Positions 13,741 to 26,700 of a stretch of DNA of 64,000 nt are shown here, piece after piece. Numbering within the stretch: position 1 is the stretch's first letter; every line of letters starts with the position of its first letter. Source of the stretch: Phoronis australis (taxonomy: Eukaryota > Animalia > Phoronida); assembly GCA_002633005.1 (NCBI GenBank), contig NMRA01000113.1, forward strand, positions 402,441 to 466,440. Direction: 5' to 3'. A model generated the notes under the pieces. That model ran no database searches. It saw only the letters and a program-made list of their open reading frames with translations, and was not told the origin of the DNA. The position numbers were made by a program, and so were the translations under genes.

Positions 13741-15235
13741 TCCAGTCATTCTAGGGCTCCAGAGGGCCCAACATAGCAAAAATTGAAACAGAAGGTTTTT
13801 TGCATAAATGGCATCTTCAAACATCCCTTGCTGACAGAAAAAAAGTCTACCAAAATTGGAGTGGCGGAAGTCGGTTTTTCAAGATGGCGGAAAAAATGGA
13901 GGCCAAAACCGGTGTTTACTGCTTCTTGGCATGTTACTCTTATGCAACAGCTGGAAATAACATAATAAAACTTGTCATTGGCTATATACTTTTCATAACA
14001 AGCATACCAATCAAAAGACGCCAACTTTCTGTAAAATAAAACCAATATGGCTGACAAAATGGCGGCTGAAACGGTAATTTGGTACATGCTGCAAAATATT
14101 TTTTCATATTTTGCCCTGAAAATTGCAAAATTTCTATGCATTTGTAAGTTAGACAATCGAAAATATCTGGACCTTACAGTTGGTCACTGACTAGAGGAAA
14201 AAAAAATCAAGATGGCTTACAAAATGGCCAACTCATAAATAACTCCAATTTACCGCATGTGCATTCTGCAAACTTTTGTTTGTAACCTGAGAAGCATTTA
14301 CACATTCAAAAACATTTTACAATCTACAATTAGGCTTAACGAGTCGATTCTTCATAAATTTTGTTTTTAAGATTTAGGTACTCAAATGTGGAATTTTAAT
14401 TACATTTTAGATTATTTAACTTAAAATTTGGTGTTTTTCAGAAAAAGGCTTTAGTTAAATTTTCATAAGGAATTCCACACACTCAATTATTTTTCTGTAA
14501 AATATATTCATTTGAAGCATCAAAAATAATATTTGTTAGAAGGGTGAAGAACACGTGACCCTCATGGCGAGAAGGTTTGTTTTATGACTTGTGCGGACTC
14601 TCCCATCTAACATTAATGAAATTTATATGGTTTGAGCACAGAACCACCATTAATCCATCTCACATGATTAGGAATAACGACCAGACCCCTATGAGTGGCA
14701 GAAAAAGAACACCAAGCCAAAAAAACTCTAGTGAACTCCGAGCTTCGACGTCAAAAAAACCCTAAAGCAACTGACAATGGATGCCATATTGACAGGGAAG
14801 GGACAAAATGTCACCAAGAAGACTCGGTCATTGAAAGATGAACTGAAAGAGGCACTCATGGACTCAGATATCCACTCACTGTTTACTAACATGATAAAGC
14901 CCTTAATTGACGCTGGTTTGTCTGAAATGTATAAAGCACTCGAGCTTCAATACGATCGATGGAATTATTGGCTTATTCAGTACACAAACCCTGAATCACA
15001 TAGGGCAGGAAGTGGCTTTGCTCTCTGCTATTGGAGATATTATCAGTTGTTCCCATTCAAAGATTTCGTCTGGTACTGACATGAGTGGAGAATTTGGCAG
15101 CTGATTTCACCTAAATTTGATGAAAAATAAATAAATTTGTGTAACAAAAAGTTAAAATGTTTAGTATTTAGTACTCAAAATTGGTGAAATATGCAATGCT
15201 TTTTATGAACATAGGTAACTGATTTGAGAGGAAAT

Positions 15236-18200
15236 TAGTGCCAGCAAACCAAACGACAGTGGTCTGCAGTCACTTGTTCTTAGCCAGGCTAGGCGGATTT
15301 CATACTGAGATGAGCTTTCGGAGATTTATTGGATACATAATGTCAGGCAACAAGTTTCAAGTTCTTGAGACAGTGTATGCACCAAACAGTGTTATCCATG
15401 GGTTAAATTGAAAAAGTGTGGATAAAGCAGGGAGAGGGCATATGCTGGTAGACTCAGCACTGAATGCTATCATCACAGCCAGAGCATTCAACATCCCACT
15501 TCCAAATATTCATGTGGAGAATTTCTGGCTTACACTGGTCATGGCTCAGATTCCTTTAGCCCCAGACAACTTTTACAATGCTTATTCAGCACGCCCTTTG
15601 TATTGATATAGATCTGAGCTAATGAAGTGGAAAGGTAATAGCTAGCATTAACAGTCTCAACAATGGTTGTTGTTAGTACCCCCAATTTGGTTTTCTCTGA
15701 CATTTGCAAAGTTACAGCCTGCAACTCTGGAGAGTAGTTTTAACTTGGAACATTATAAATATTACAAAATGACTAAAAAAAGGTTAACTTTGTGTTTATC
15801 TTCACAAAGGGCCACTTCTCAAAGGAACGATATGTTTCATATTGGTTTTCGTTACTTAATTTTTTAATGTTTCTGACCACTTGTTTTTTTCTTACCGGGA
15901 ACAGGTTGATAACTTTTTATCTAAGTTTTAAACTTGAAGTACAAAAACAGTGGTAGATTTTGATCGCCAGCGAAACTTAATTAGTTAAGTTCATTGTGAG
16001 CCTATCCCTGAACTCTCCACATTACAGGTAGGCCTACACTAAACATTTCACGTGTCATTAAAGTTCAATCTTGATTAGAACTCAAATCATAAAATATATC
16101 CAAAAGAGCAAATATGGTGATAACCAGAACTGAAGATTTGGAATCTTTGGACAATTTCGGTGGCACTGACTATATAATTATTTTAGCTCTTTGTCAGTAA
16201 TAAAAAATGAACAGTGGGCACAAGTTAAGTGCAACTGCTTCCTGGTCTAAAATCTGATTAAACGAGATTGAAAGAATATTACAAAATAAATCCATGTGAT
16301 ATTGTAAACTCTGACCAGCATTTGTATATCCGTTATAGTTTTTAGATAATTAGTTCATCGATTTTAAAAAATCGAAAACCGTACTTGGTTGTTTTTTTCC
16401 AGCTCAATACCGCCGTGGTATTCATTTTTAACGAACATTAGTGGTTAATGCATTAATTCGCCATTATGTACAATCAAAGAAGTTTAATACAGTTTATGGT
16501 CGGGTAATTACACTTAATTGGGTCTTGCTCGCATCGGACAATGCGGTCATCACAACTGTACCGCCGCGCTCTCTTTGATTTAGGTAAAAGCTGCTCAGGA
16601 CAAGCGGTGAAAATTCCCGGAAATCTTTAGAAAGGCGTGATTTCCTTGTAAGCATATTATTCACGGTAGGTGACAGATCAAGTAACACCAATCCAGAACC
16701 AATGACTTCAGGATTTCAAGAAAGAAGTTCCGGTTCTTCAGAAATTCCAGGAGTCCAGAATGTCACCAACACAGAACAAAGATTCCGTGCCAAGAGGTAG
16801 AGAATTCAATGCTTGTACACAAACATTGGATCGTCGGAATATATGGAGATAGATTCTTCAGACATCTCAACTGAACCCATAACTATAGATGTATACACTG
16901 GGACATGCAATGCACAGGCAGTGTCTTCCGATTCTGAACCTTGGATTACAGTGGAATACACTCACGAGAGTTCACTTCTCCAGCTTCTGACATACTGCCA
17001 CTGGTATATTCAAACAGGACTGAATCAGAGTATAGGTCTTCAGAATTTGCAGTGACAGAATGGTTTGTCAGAACAATCAATGGCCACTGATATACTTGAT
17101 GATTTCAAAGCCGGTCTAAAGCTGTATGATGATCTCATTGCTGGCATGACGTCTATGTGCGGTGATGTATGCTTGTCGGAGGTCTTGTAGGAATCCATAA
17201 AAAAAACGAAGCACATAAATCAGACTTGTCTTTGCAAAGTCGAACCAGCAGTCTCTGGCTATAGTATATGAAAATGGATGACATCCTTTGACTTTTTCTA
17301 AAAGCAGAAATAACGTCAGATTGGGAGCTTCACCTAAAAGTAGTTTCTAACATGCTGCCGTAGTTTGCAGCAGCTAGTTACATCTCATAAGCAAAATCTG
17401 CATACATATAATTGTAGAAGATGCACCAACTCAGACACCCATCTAGATGTATACAGCACCTTTATTAACAGCCACCATGCCATAAGACCAAGTGACAGAT
17501 TCTGGGCATGCTTGTCATCTGACCTTGTTATTGAACAAACGCTCATAAAAGCCTTAAATCATCAGGAGGTTTAACTAGAGGTTGCGGGATGGGAGATACG
17601 CAGCATGCACTGTAGCTGCTTTCCATGCCAACATGCATGCTCAAGTATAAATGGCGCCATGCAGAGTATGACAAACTTGAGTTGCGAAACAAGTGAGCAG
17701 CATAAAGAATGTACCCTGGCAATTAAGACAGTAGCAAGATGACAAAAACATCCTCAGCCTTGTTGAATTCCTCCACAACAGAAACCCATTTGAAGGGGAT
17801 TACAGAACATCGCCAATGTTGTTCACTGGATTCTATGACCTACATGTGCAACGTTTCAATCAGTTGGTAGAGCTTATATGGATTACGTTAGCAAGTACAC
17901 CCACCTTATGGTTGTTTTTGATGGTTATGGAGGTGGCCCATCAACTAAAGATGTCTCCCATGGTCGGAGACTAGGTGGGGTGGTTGAAATTGAAGTTCAC
18001 TTCAATGGTGACATAGTGATCAAGTCAAAGAAAGTTCACATTATTGGTAAACAGCAGAAACAAACAAAGATTCATTCACTTCTTCTCGAAATGCTGGTTG
18101 CACTGTGGTACAAGCTCAAGGTGACGCAGATGTTTTAATTGTAGAAACAGCAGTAGAGAATGCAGCACAAGGTCCTACTACCCTCATTGCATATGATAGA

Positions 18201-18560
18201 GACTTGTTGGCTCTTTTGTGATACCATGCTACTTCACAACAATTTCCAATATTCATGGTCTGACAAGAGGCACCAAAATGAGAAGAGAGTCTGGGACATC
18301 AAGAAACTATAGTTGTCACTTGGTGCCGAAACTTGTGTGCTTTTGCCATCTGCACATGCAATAGGTGGTTGCGATACAACATCACGGCTGTTCGGTATTG
18401 GCAAGGCTCTCTCATTCAAGAAACTGCGAGATCAAGAATTCTGCGAAAAGGCTAGAGTATTCACTAGACCTGACGCAGCTGAAGGAAATTTAAATGACTT
18501 GCAATGCAGGCGATTTGTGGTAAAAGTGTCATCAAGCGTAGCCCAAGTCCAAATACAGTG
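15236..18560 (+). mobile_element. Decayed Academ-type DNA transposon ORF (transposase plus XPG/PIN nuclease domain), interrupted by a non-coding insert of about 1.2 kb
   Basis: Frameshifted and stop-containing peptides: RLGGFHTEMSF; RGHMLVDSALN; SRTSSLWL*YMKMDDIL*LFLKAE..DWELHL; RPSDRFWACLSSDLVIEQTL; VVFDGY...STKD; DADVLIVETA; HAIGGCDTTSRLFGIGK. A transposase followed by XPG motifs is the Academ architecture. Confidence 0.75.
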
Positions 18561-18861
18561 GATAGTAGATTGCTGAATTAATCATGGAGAATTATTTTCG
18601 ACACAGCACCGGAATTTATTTACAAAGAATGACCCTTCAGTTCAGGCGAACTTGATGTTTTTCACCCAAATAAGTTATAATTTGTTTAACAATCTTGAAA
18701 ATGGTAGTCGTATAAATCAGAGCTAGACAAAAATAATTTTAATGTACATGTGTATCTGTCCGAGCACCGTGGTCCACATATGGCTAGATCGTCGCTGGGC
18801 CACCTCCATCATTACCAGCAATATTGAAACCGTGAACTGCGCATGCGCGAAAATCACTCAG

Positions 18862-19450
18862 TTAGCCCCCTTCAGGATACATGGGATTCGCAGAAAACAC
18901 AGTGTGAGGGTCTTATTTAAGAATCACATTTGCACGATAGCACATAACATAGATAAGTATTTTGTTAAAAAACGTGGCCAAGTTTCAGCAAAATTAGAAA
19001 AAAATTTATGTTTAACATGGTATGGCCAAAGTTTTGCCTTATTTTGTCACTTCAATCAGTGGAATCGCCGCGAAAAACCCGAAAGTGCATGTGAGAAAAC
19101 GATAATTTTCGACCAAGCCTTTCATGTGCGGTTAGTTGCCGATAGACCCAACTGATGTCAGTATAATCAAGATTGAAATGTAGGAGTTTGAAGAAAATTA
19201 GACAAAATTTTGTATTTAACATGGGGTGGCCGAAAATTGCCAATTTTGGCCTTTTGATATCAGTTTATCATCATAGACTATCATTAGTGGGTCTAGTTAA
19301 TTCGAAGATTTTGGTTAAATCACTGATAATATTCACACCAGTACACTAATAAACGTTTTCTCTATATATAACAGTTTGATTCCAATTTCTAAGTAGTGCG
19401 TACAACAGGAATTGGCCCTTGAACGGCCCGGCCCATAGTATGGGAGCTAA
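18862..19450. mobile_element. Non-autonomous element with short imperfect terminal inverted repeats and an internal duplication
   Basis: Left end TTAGCCCCC..ATACATGGG versus right end CCCATAGTATGGGAGCTAA. The internal segment aaaattt.t.t.tttaacatgg..tggcc occurs at about 19001 and 19205. Confidence 0.35.
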
Positions 19451-20623
19451 AATTCAGCTCTACTGAAACCAAAGTAGCTATGTGCGGAAAACTCACCTGA
19501 GGTGTTTACGATCCACTTCAGAGAAAAAACCCTCGTTGTACCTAACAATAATTTGTTTCCGAGTACTTCGGGCATGGTTTAAAATTGAAAGGGGTCATCA
19601 CAAGTTGAATTTATGAGAATTGTGTTGTTGCATTGCGAACTGAAAACTAGTCGATTGAGGTAGTGCGAGATAAGGCAACGAGTAAGAACAGCTTTGATTT
19701 GCTTACGAGTGGTGACTCATGATATTGGCCAGACATCTGTAATAATATGATTTGTCTTTCCTTTTTAACGGGATATATTTGAACTTTGGTAATATTGGGC
19801 TACAAAATGTAGAACAACCTTCCTGGTGCTTCTCTCCAGTACATGCGGAGAGTGAAGCGCTAACTGGTCCATACGCAATGACCTAGTTTACGCAGAGAAC
19901 CTGGCGGATGACCTAGTTTACGAATTGCTGGTAATGTACTGGAGGCAGACAGGGACCGCAGGGTCACGATGCAGTCCAGTTACCCCTCAGGTTGGCGGAC
20001 GACCGATTTGAGGTTTATGCACCCGCTGTTACGCCTGACACCAAAAAGTGCCCGTGCAGGTGATCGGCCGCGGGCGTGACGATCAGGAAGTTTCGGCGAT
20101 GGGGTGTGCACCCGTTGATCCGCCTGGAACGGAAAGCACCGGTGGTGCAAGTGCAGGCTGCGCGACAATCAGGAAGTTTCAGAGGGTTTCCCCGTGAAGT
20201 GCCCGTTTGCACTATACCCTACATCATGCCTATTACGGTGCTTTCCCGTCATGCCCAACTTGTTTTATTATATAGCATAACAAGTTGGGAGGATGACCAC
20301 TGTAGCCAGTATATAACATGACTGATTAACTCAATTCTGGCGTTTATAGTTGGAGGGCTAGCTCTCTTTTGTTTAATAATTGCTCTAATCTACGATAAGA
20401 TCCTATCTAGCCAGACTGGGATGTGCTATTCAAAAAAAGTTAAGTTATAACATATTTGAACACAAACTAATACCATTTCTGAATTTCTCGCCAAATGCTG
20501 ATCGTGTTTTGTTTTTGAACCACCAAAATCACCCAACTACAACCGAAGTTATGACAATCTATTCTTTCCAAAAGTAACAATTCGCACTGGGATTAAGTTT
20601 AACTGCGTTCACAGGAGGTTGGT

Positions 20624-21386
20624 AATAAGCCCAGTAGCCAGCCAGCTAGCTGTATGAAGACTGTCGTCAAAATACAGCTAGGTACCACCGTGTGCATTTC
20701 TTCCGTAGACCTTGAAATTGCACACAGTCAGGGTAGTTCTGGTTGTCACCTCGCTGTGAAACTTGTATCAGCATGTAAAGCTAAAGACCGGATGGGGTGC
20801 ATGCCAAATCTGGGAATCAACCGACAATCACCTTGCCCGTTACAGCTGTGTAAGTGAAAAACAATGCAATAAACGTCATTTTCTTGCGTAACTCTCCACC
20901 TTTTCTAACAATGAAAAGTATGTCGTCGTTTTGAAAACAATACGCTCGTGTCACGCTCACGCGCCATTTCCTAAATTTTCGCGACAACTTTGGAGAAGCA
21001 AAATTTGTTCTGAAATTCGGTTTTTCGGTATTGAAATTCTAAAAAATCATAATGAAGTCAAACCAGTTCCAACAATTTGTTGTGACGTGTACGCAAGCTC
21101 GTGAAAGAACAGCACTTGATTGAAGAATTGGCAAAAATGAAACTGGCCAATAGGTGACGCAAATATTTCATGGCGCCAAAAGCCGTCACTAAAGATCGTT
21201 CCACAACTTTAGCAGCAGAATAATGGTAGAACGCCATTTTTTCCAACACTGTTAAATAATTTTGTTTACTCAAGGAAGACTGTAGTTTTCAATGACACTA
21301 ATTTTGTGTCAGATTTTATCTTACCCTTTTTTACCCACATCGGTGCAAAGCTGTACATTTATATACAGCTTTGTACCAAGGCTATA
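20624..21386. repeat. Interspersed repeat copy 1 (about 750 bp) with (AGCC)n start and terminal hairpin
   Basis: Colinear with 24060-24720 by eye. The hairpin ggtgcaaagctgta...tacagctttgtacc lies near the right end. Confidence 0.75.
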
Positions 21387-21598
21387 AGCCTAGTACATAA
21401 TTGGCCTGCATGTTGTCATACCAGACAAAAGACTGTGCTCCGCAGTTAACAAAGGAGCAAGATGTTGTCACATGCTCACAACTGCTCTATGTCTGGTAAA
21501 GTCACTGAACGGAAGAATGCCCTAATGCCACTGTTGCAACTGTGGGAAGACCACCCACCAAAGACCACAATATCCATGACATATGGGGTACGAGTTCA

Positions 21599-22059
21599 CA
21601 GGCGGATTTAGGGGGGGCCCAAGGGGCCTGGCCCCCCCCCTTGGCTGCCGCAAAAAAAATAAATCAGCAAAAGCGTAGAGAAATGTTGAATTTATTAATT
21701 AACCCCTGGTAATTAAAATTATATGAATGACACAAGATTTACATGTGTGCAGTTTTAGTTTTTTTGGGGGGGCTAAGATCCAATTTCAAGTGTCAAATTC
21801 GGAACACGGCCTATTCGTAACTGAACTATGGCTAAGTATAGGCTCTCCCGCAATATCCCAGGGGACCCGCAGCAGTGGTGCAGCGCACTACGAATCCGTT
21901 TCCGTCGTCTGCTCCATTGTGCAATGAAGAAAATTTAATTCATTTTTTAAAGAAAATAGAACCTGAGTGACTATGCACATCTACAGTCGTGGTTTGCGCA
22001 AATTTTACAGCCGGACAAAATGTTGGGCCCCCCCTTGTGATATCCTAGATCCGCCACTG
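21599..22059. mobile_element. MITE with CAG(T)GGCGGAT-type terminal inverted repeats (hAT-like)
   Basis: Left caggcggattagggggggcccaagggg; right gggcccccccttgtgatatcctagatccgccactg. GAGTT flanks both sides as a partial target-site duplication. Confidence 0.65.
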
Positions 22060-22499
22060 GAGTTTTTTAAGTTGATTCCTGCCTTTAACTTGGAAGGGTG
22101 ATGCCAATTATGCATTAGTAGGTGACAGTATGAGGGTTGGTTGAAATCATCAAAACAGGGTTTAGTATCCTTTTAAAAACACACTGATAAAAGGCAAAAA
22201 CCACTGGGAGGAATTTGGGAACTCATGACACCTTCAGTTTGGCACAGGCATCAGTTTGGCTCACCAACCCGCGCCAAACTGAAGTGAGCCAAATCAGTTT
22301 GCTGCAAGCCTCAGTTTGAGCTGCAGCAGAACTGTCGATTGGTCATTGGCATTCAGTCAGTGATGATGATGCACATGTCTTGCCTATTGACCGAGCAGCA
22401 CTACTTCGGAGATGATGGCACTGACCATACCTGACGAACACTGTGTTTATAATGCTCCTGTGCATGTTTTGGTAACTTTCTGATGCATCTAAATAAGTA

Positions 22500-22710
22500 T
22501 CTATATAACCGAACCGGCGTATTTATGTTTTGAGCCATGCCGACCGATTCGTCGAGACGACAAATTCGTAAACATCTAGTATTTCCGCATTAATTTGAGG
22601 CATGCGTGATTAGCCACTTCCGTGTTCTAGTCTAGTGATTTTTGCCCATCAGGCATCACACGAAAATGACAACAAATACTCCATTTTGGTGTTTTACGTC
22701 AACGTAAGTA
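22500..22710 (+). promoter_or_regulatory. Candidate TBC1D10 promoter / non-coding first exon
   Basis: Locally CpG-enriched, with an ETS-like cacttccg at about 22615 and a canonical donor aac|gtaagt at 22703/22704, about 850 bp upstream of the first coding exon. This is inference only. Confidence 0.3.
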
Positions 22711-23582
22711 CCTTAAGACATTATTATCAGATTACACAATGTTTGTTTTGCATCACTGCTTCGTGACCAGGCCAAACCCACAATTCCTCAGTTTAATACG
22801 TCAGTTTAGTGTTCAGCAAAAAGAGGGGCACTGATGACTGACAGTCACTGAGTCAGTGACTGGTCGAATATAAACATATACTGTCATTAATGCGTCCCCG
22901 ATTAGGAGAACTAGTCCCATCAACGTGTCAGTTACTTTAGGCTATCATCATCAAAGAACTGACATGCCATACCCATAGAATTGTCCACAGAAACGAAGCC
23001 TTTTTGTGTCCACAGTGGATTGAAAAACGAAGCATACCAATTTTGTGGTACTGCAAATGTTGATGGGAGGGTACCATTTTTTATGCTGGTAAGCTGGGGA
23101 CACAAAAAAGTTATCTTGCCTGGAGCATGAGGTTTTCATATGTGCCTGACGAAATGCATTCGGCCAGGTGTTGAGTCAATAGCCGCTGTAGGATGGCGTA
23201 ATTTATGGATTGAAATTTTTCAAGATTGGGTGGTTGGCCAGGCAATGAACATTTTTCATTTTACTTCAAACAGTGTTGGTAATGGTGCCATCTGTTCATA
23301 CAGGGATAAACTTAAGAAGTGACAGCCAGGGGAAAGGCCGGGATCAGTGACTACTTACTCTGTCTGAGTCATTCCGCCACCAACTAACATGGAATCCTTG
23401 TGAATTTCAGGTGGTTCTTATTTTGAGCCAAGGTAAAATGCGTGTTCCCAATTAATTTTAGCCCTTGCACTTAAGCTATTGCCAAAGAGCAGTCACAGCC
23501 TCACAGGGACTGTCTATGCTAAAAATACAATTGTGAACACTGTTTTCATTTATCCAGATGAGCCGAGTACATTCCATGCACC

Positions 23583-23713
23583 ATGGCTGGTGTGGTCGAT
23601 TCAGGTGAACAGTCTACAAGTTATAACTCGTCCGAAGCCAAGAATGGTATCATTAAGGATAAGGCAGACAAGTATGGATTCTATGGAGGAGCTCAGTATA
23701 CAAGCCCTGACGA
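23583..23713 (+). CDS. TBC1D10: TBC1D10 coding exon 1
   Basis: Kozak-like accATGG; [10 protein letters not shown]...[17 protein letters not shown]; donor gtaagt. Confidence 0.85.
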
Positions 23714-26700
23714 GTAAGTGGAATATTGTGGGATAGGCTCTGTACGTCTAGTCGCTCATGAGACACTTTTCGCAAGATATTGAGCTGACGCAGTGACAAT
23801 AGTGAACAGTAGTCTGTTTTCTATCATTTACAATTCAACTCTTATTACCTCCATTCTGCTTGATATGGCCACTAATCTGGTCATTTGTCTGTATCAGTGT
23901 GGTCGTCTGTCTGTATCAGTCTGGTCATCATTCCTGGAAAACCTCTTTTGATCATTTATCATTGCTCTGTGGTAAGAAATCATGTGTAGGGATACAGCTT
24001 TGATTTGTCATTATTTTTAGCATTCATATCAACCATTTCTCTGAATTCATCTGAATGATTAGCTACCCAGCTAGCTGGGTAAAGACTATCGTCAAAATAC
24101 AGATAGGAACCACTGTATGTTAGGCTCCAATAGACCTCGAAATTTCACACAACCCAAGTAGTTCTCCTGGTGACCTCATCGTAAAACTTGTCAATCTAGT
24201 GACCGGCAGGGGTGCATGCAAAATCTGGTAGTCAACTCACATTCACCATGCCCGTTGCAGCCCTTTAAGTGAAAAACAATCCAATAAAGGGCATTTCTTT
24301 ACATTATTTTTTGCCTTTTGTAACGAAGACAAGTCTGTTGTCATTTTGAAAACACTATGCTCGTGACACGCTCACTCACCATTTCTTAAATTCTTTGCAA
24401 CATCTCTTGAGAGATGATGGCTGCTTCACAACGGCAAAATTTGTGTTGAAATTCTGTTTGCTGGTATAAAAATACTAAAAAGTTGTAACGAAACGAAACA
24501 AGTTCCGATAATTAGTTGTGACATGTATGCAATCTCTTGGAACAAGAACAGCCGATTGAACAATAGAATGTCAATTTTTCTTAATCGCTAAATAATTTAG
24601 TTTACTCAAGGAAGATTGCAGCTTTTAATGACACTAATTTTGTGTCAGATTTTATTTGGCCAGTTTTTTACCCACATTGGTGCAAAGCTACATTCAGTAT
24701 ACAGCTTTGCAGCAAGGCCACTGAATGGTATGATACATGTATAGAGTAATCTCTTCTCACATTTTCCACCATGATGTACATAATAAATGTAGCACTTTGA
24801 CCAAAGTCCAGTCAGTGTATTATGTACTGTACACTAACTGATGACTCAACAACTTGGTTACCATTGTATGTATGGGTTTATTGCCCTAATAATAAGTTTT
24901 CTGATGCCATGCCGCAATAGTTTTAGTATACCTTTCAATCGCTCAGTCTTTTGTTTTTTGATAGTGCTTAGCAAATGTTGTTTAACCCCGGTATAAGTCC
25001 GGTGCCTGCGTACAAGCCAGTCATTGCAGAGTCATCATCAGGAACAAAAGCAATAACCAATATGCAAAAACATATGCATGGGATCAATGTTTGGCGGAAG
25101 AGAGGAGTAGTGTCTTCTTGAACAGTTATGAGGCAGTTGTGGATTTTGCAAGCACAGTGACCACTGTAAATGGTGACGCTACCTTGTAAATGTGGTATCC
25201 AAACAGCACAGCTTTGAACCACATTTGATTAGCTAGATTAAACATTTCAAATTGGGATAACAATATTATAGGAACTGTCACACTCACTGCACTTGACTGA
25301 CTTCTGGTACCGCTTGGTCAACCAGTTACATGTCTTAACTGGTTGACTCAGTAAAACTGGCGAAAATACAACCACAGTAACGCTACTTGTTCCTTACTCA
25401 GATTTAAAACCATTTCTAAGCTTGATAAGCTTCAGTCCAGCACCATTAAGTTGCTTGTCGCAAGAAGTTTGTTTCGGTCACCAAGATAATTTGGCCTTTG
25501 GGGAAAATTCCAGGCAGTTCATTGCGACCACTTTCAGTTCAAACAAAATATAGGAACGTAGTGACTAATTTTCTTTTATGTAGATGCAACTCGCACTACA
25601 ATAAAACTATATTAGTTTAAAGGGACTAATTGACTAATGGCAAACTGGTGTAAAATATTGATTAGTACAGACAATGTATAATAAACGCCTAGAGCATTGT
25701 GGGTGAATAGTGTAGCATCATAGAGGGTGCTGTGGTATTCTGGGAAGCAGCTATTGACACATCATAAATTCTCCATAAACTTTTTGCTATTTAGTGCAGT
25801 TATTTTATACCTTTATTTATTTTTTCAAATTGACTGCATTTATTTAATTCTACTGATCTCCTTCATTTGGTAATATGAAGTGGAGTTGTATTGATCTTAT
25901 GAGGCCTACATTGTGTTTATTGGTCATTGAAGCTGTGTGGTTGCATAATGTGCCTATACTTAGGGCAGCTGGATCTGATTTTATTATCCCCTTGATCACT
26001 TTGAACATTTCATCTGGTGGTGGGATAAAAAATTTGGCAAATGCCCTGATGCCTTTTGCATTGCACCAGGTGTATTTAGGCTACACGGCTGGGCCCATTG
26101 CACTAATCAGCTGGTTATGACTCATTTGGGCCTATCAGTAAGGGGTTCCTGATCTCTAGGTGAAGTTTTCCAATCTCTAAATGATGCAGGTTTAAAAACC
26201 TGAAAGATCTGGCAATTTGCTCCAAACAGTTTAAATATGTCCATTACTTAAAGGCTGCAGAGCCTGTGATAAGGCAAATCTCTGCTAAATGTTGAGGAGT
26301 TCTGTCTGTCACAAATGGAGGGCAGTTTTAGCATGTCATGTCATATGGCTTGTGATGTTTCGATGAGCTAAGATGTAGTGTTCAATAACTACCTAGATCA
26401 CCTGTCGAATATCAAGCCTGTCTAGGCATTATAGTTTCTTAGAACCCTTTAGCTTCATATGGCCTGGAAATGTTTGCTTTGTTTGTGTAGCTCTTCTTCC
26501 ATGCAGTAGCAGATAATTTAAACACCCACAGTTTTGCTTTTACCTTTGAGTACCTGTAGATGTTGGCCGATGGTGGTCGGATACGTAGTAAAACATCAAT
26601 CTTTAAATGCTGACATTTAACTTTTAGAGAATTAAGAACCATAATGCATTTCATTTGCAATTTCAATTTAATTTGATGTTACTAATTATGTATTTATCCT

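Noticed and set aside
17878-18576. Host XPG/FEN1 nuclease gene
   Set aside because: It is intronless, has many stops and frameshifts, and is contiguous with transposase motifs.
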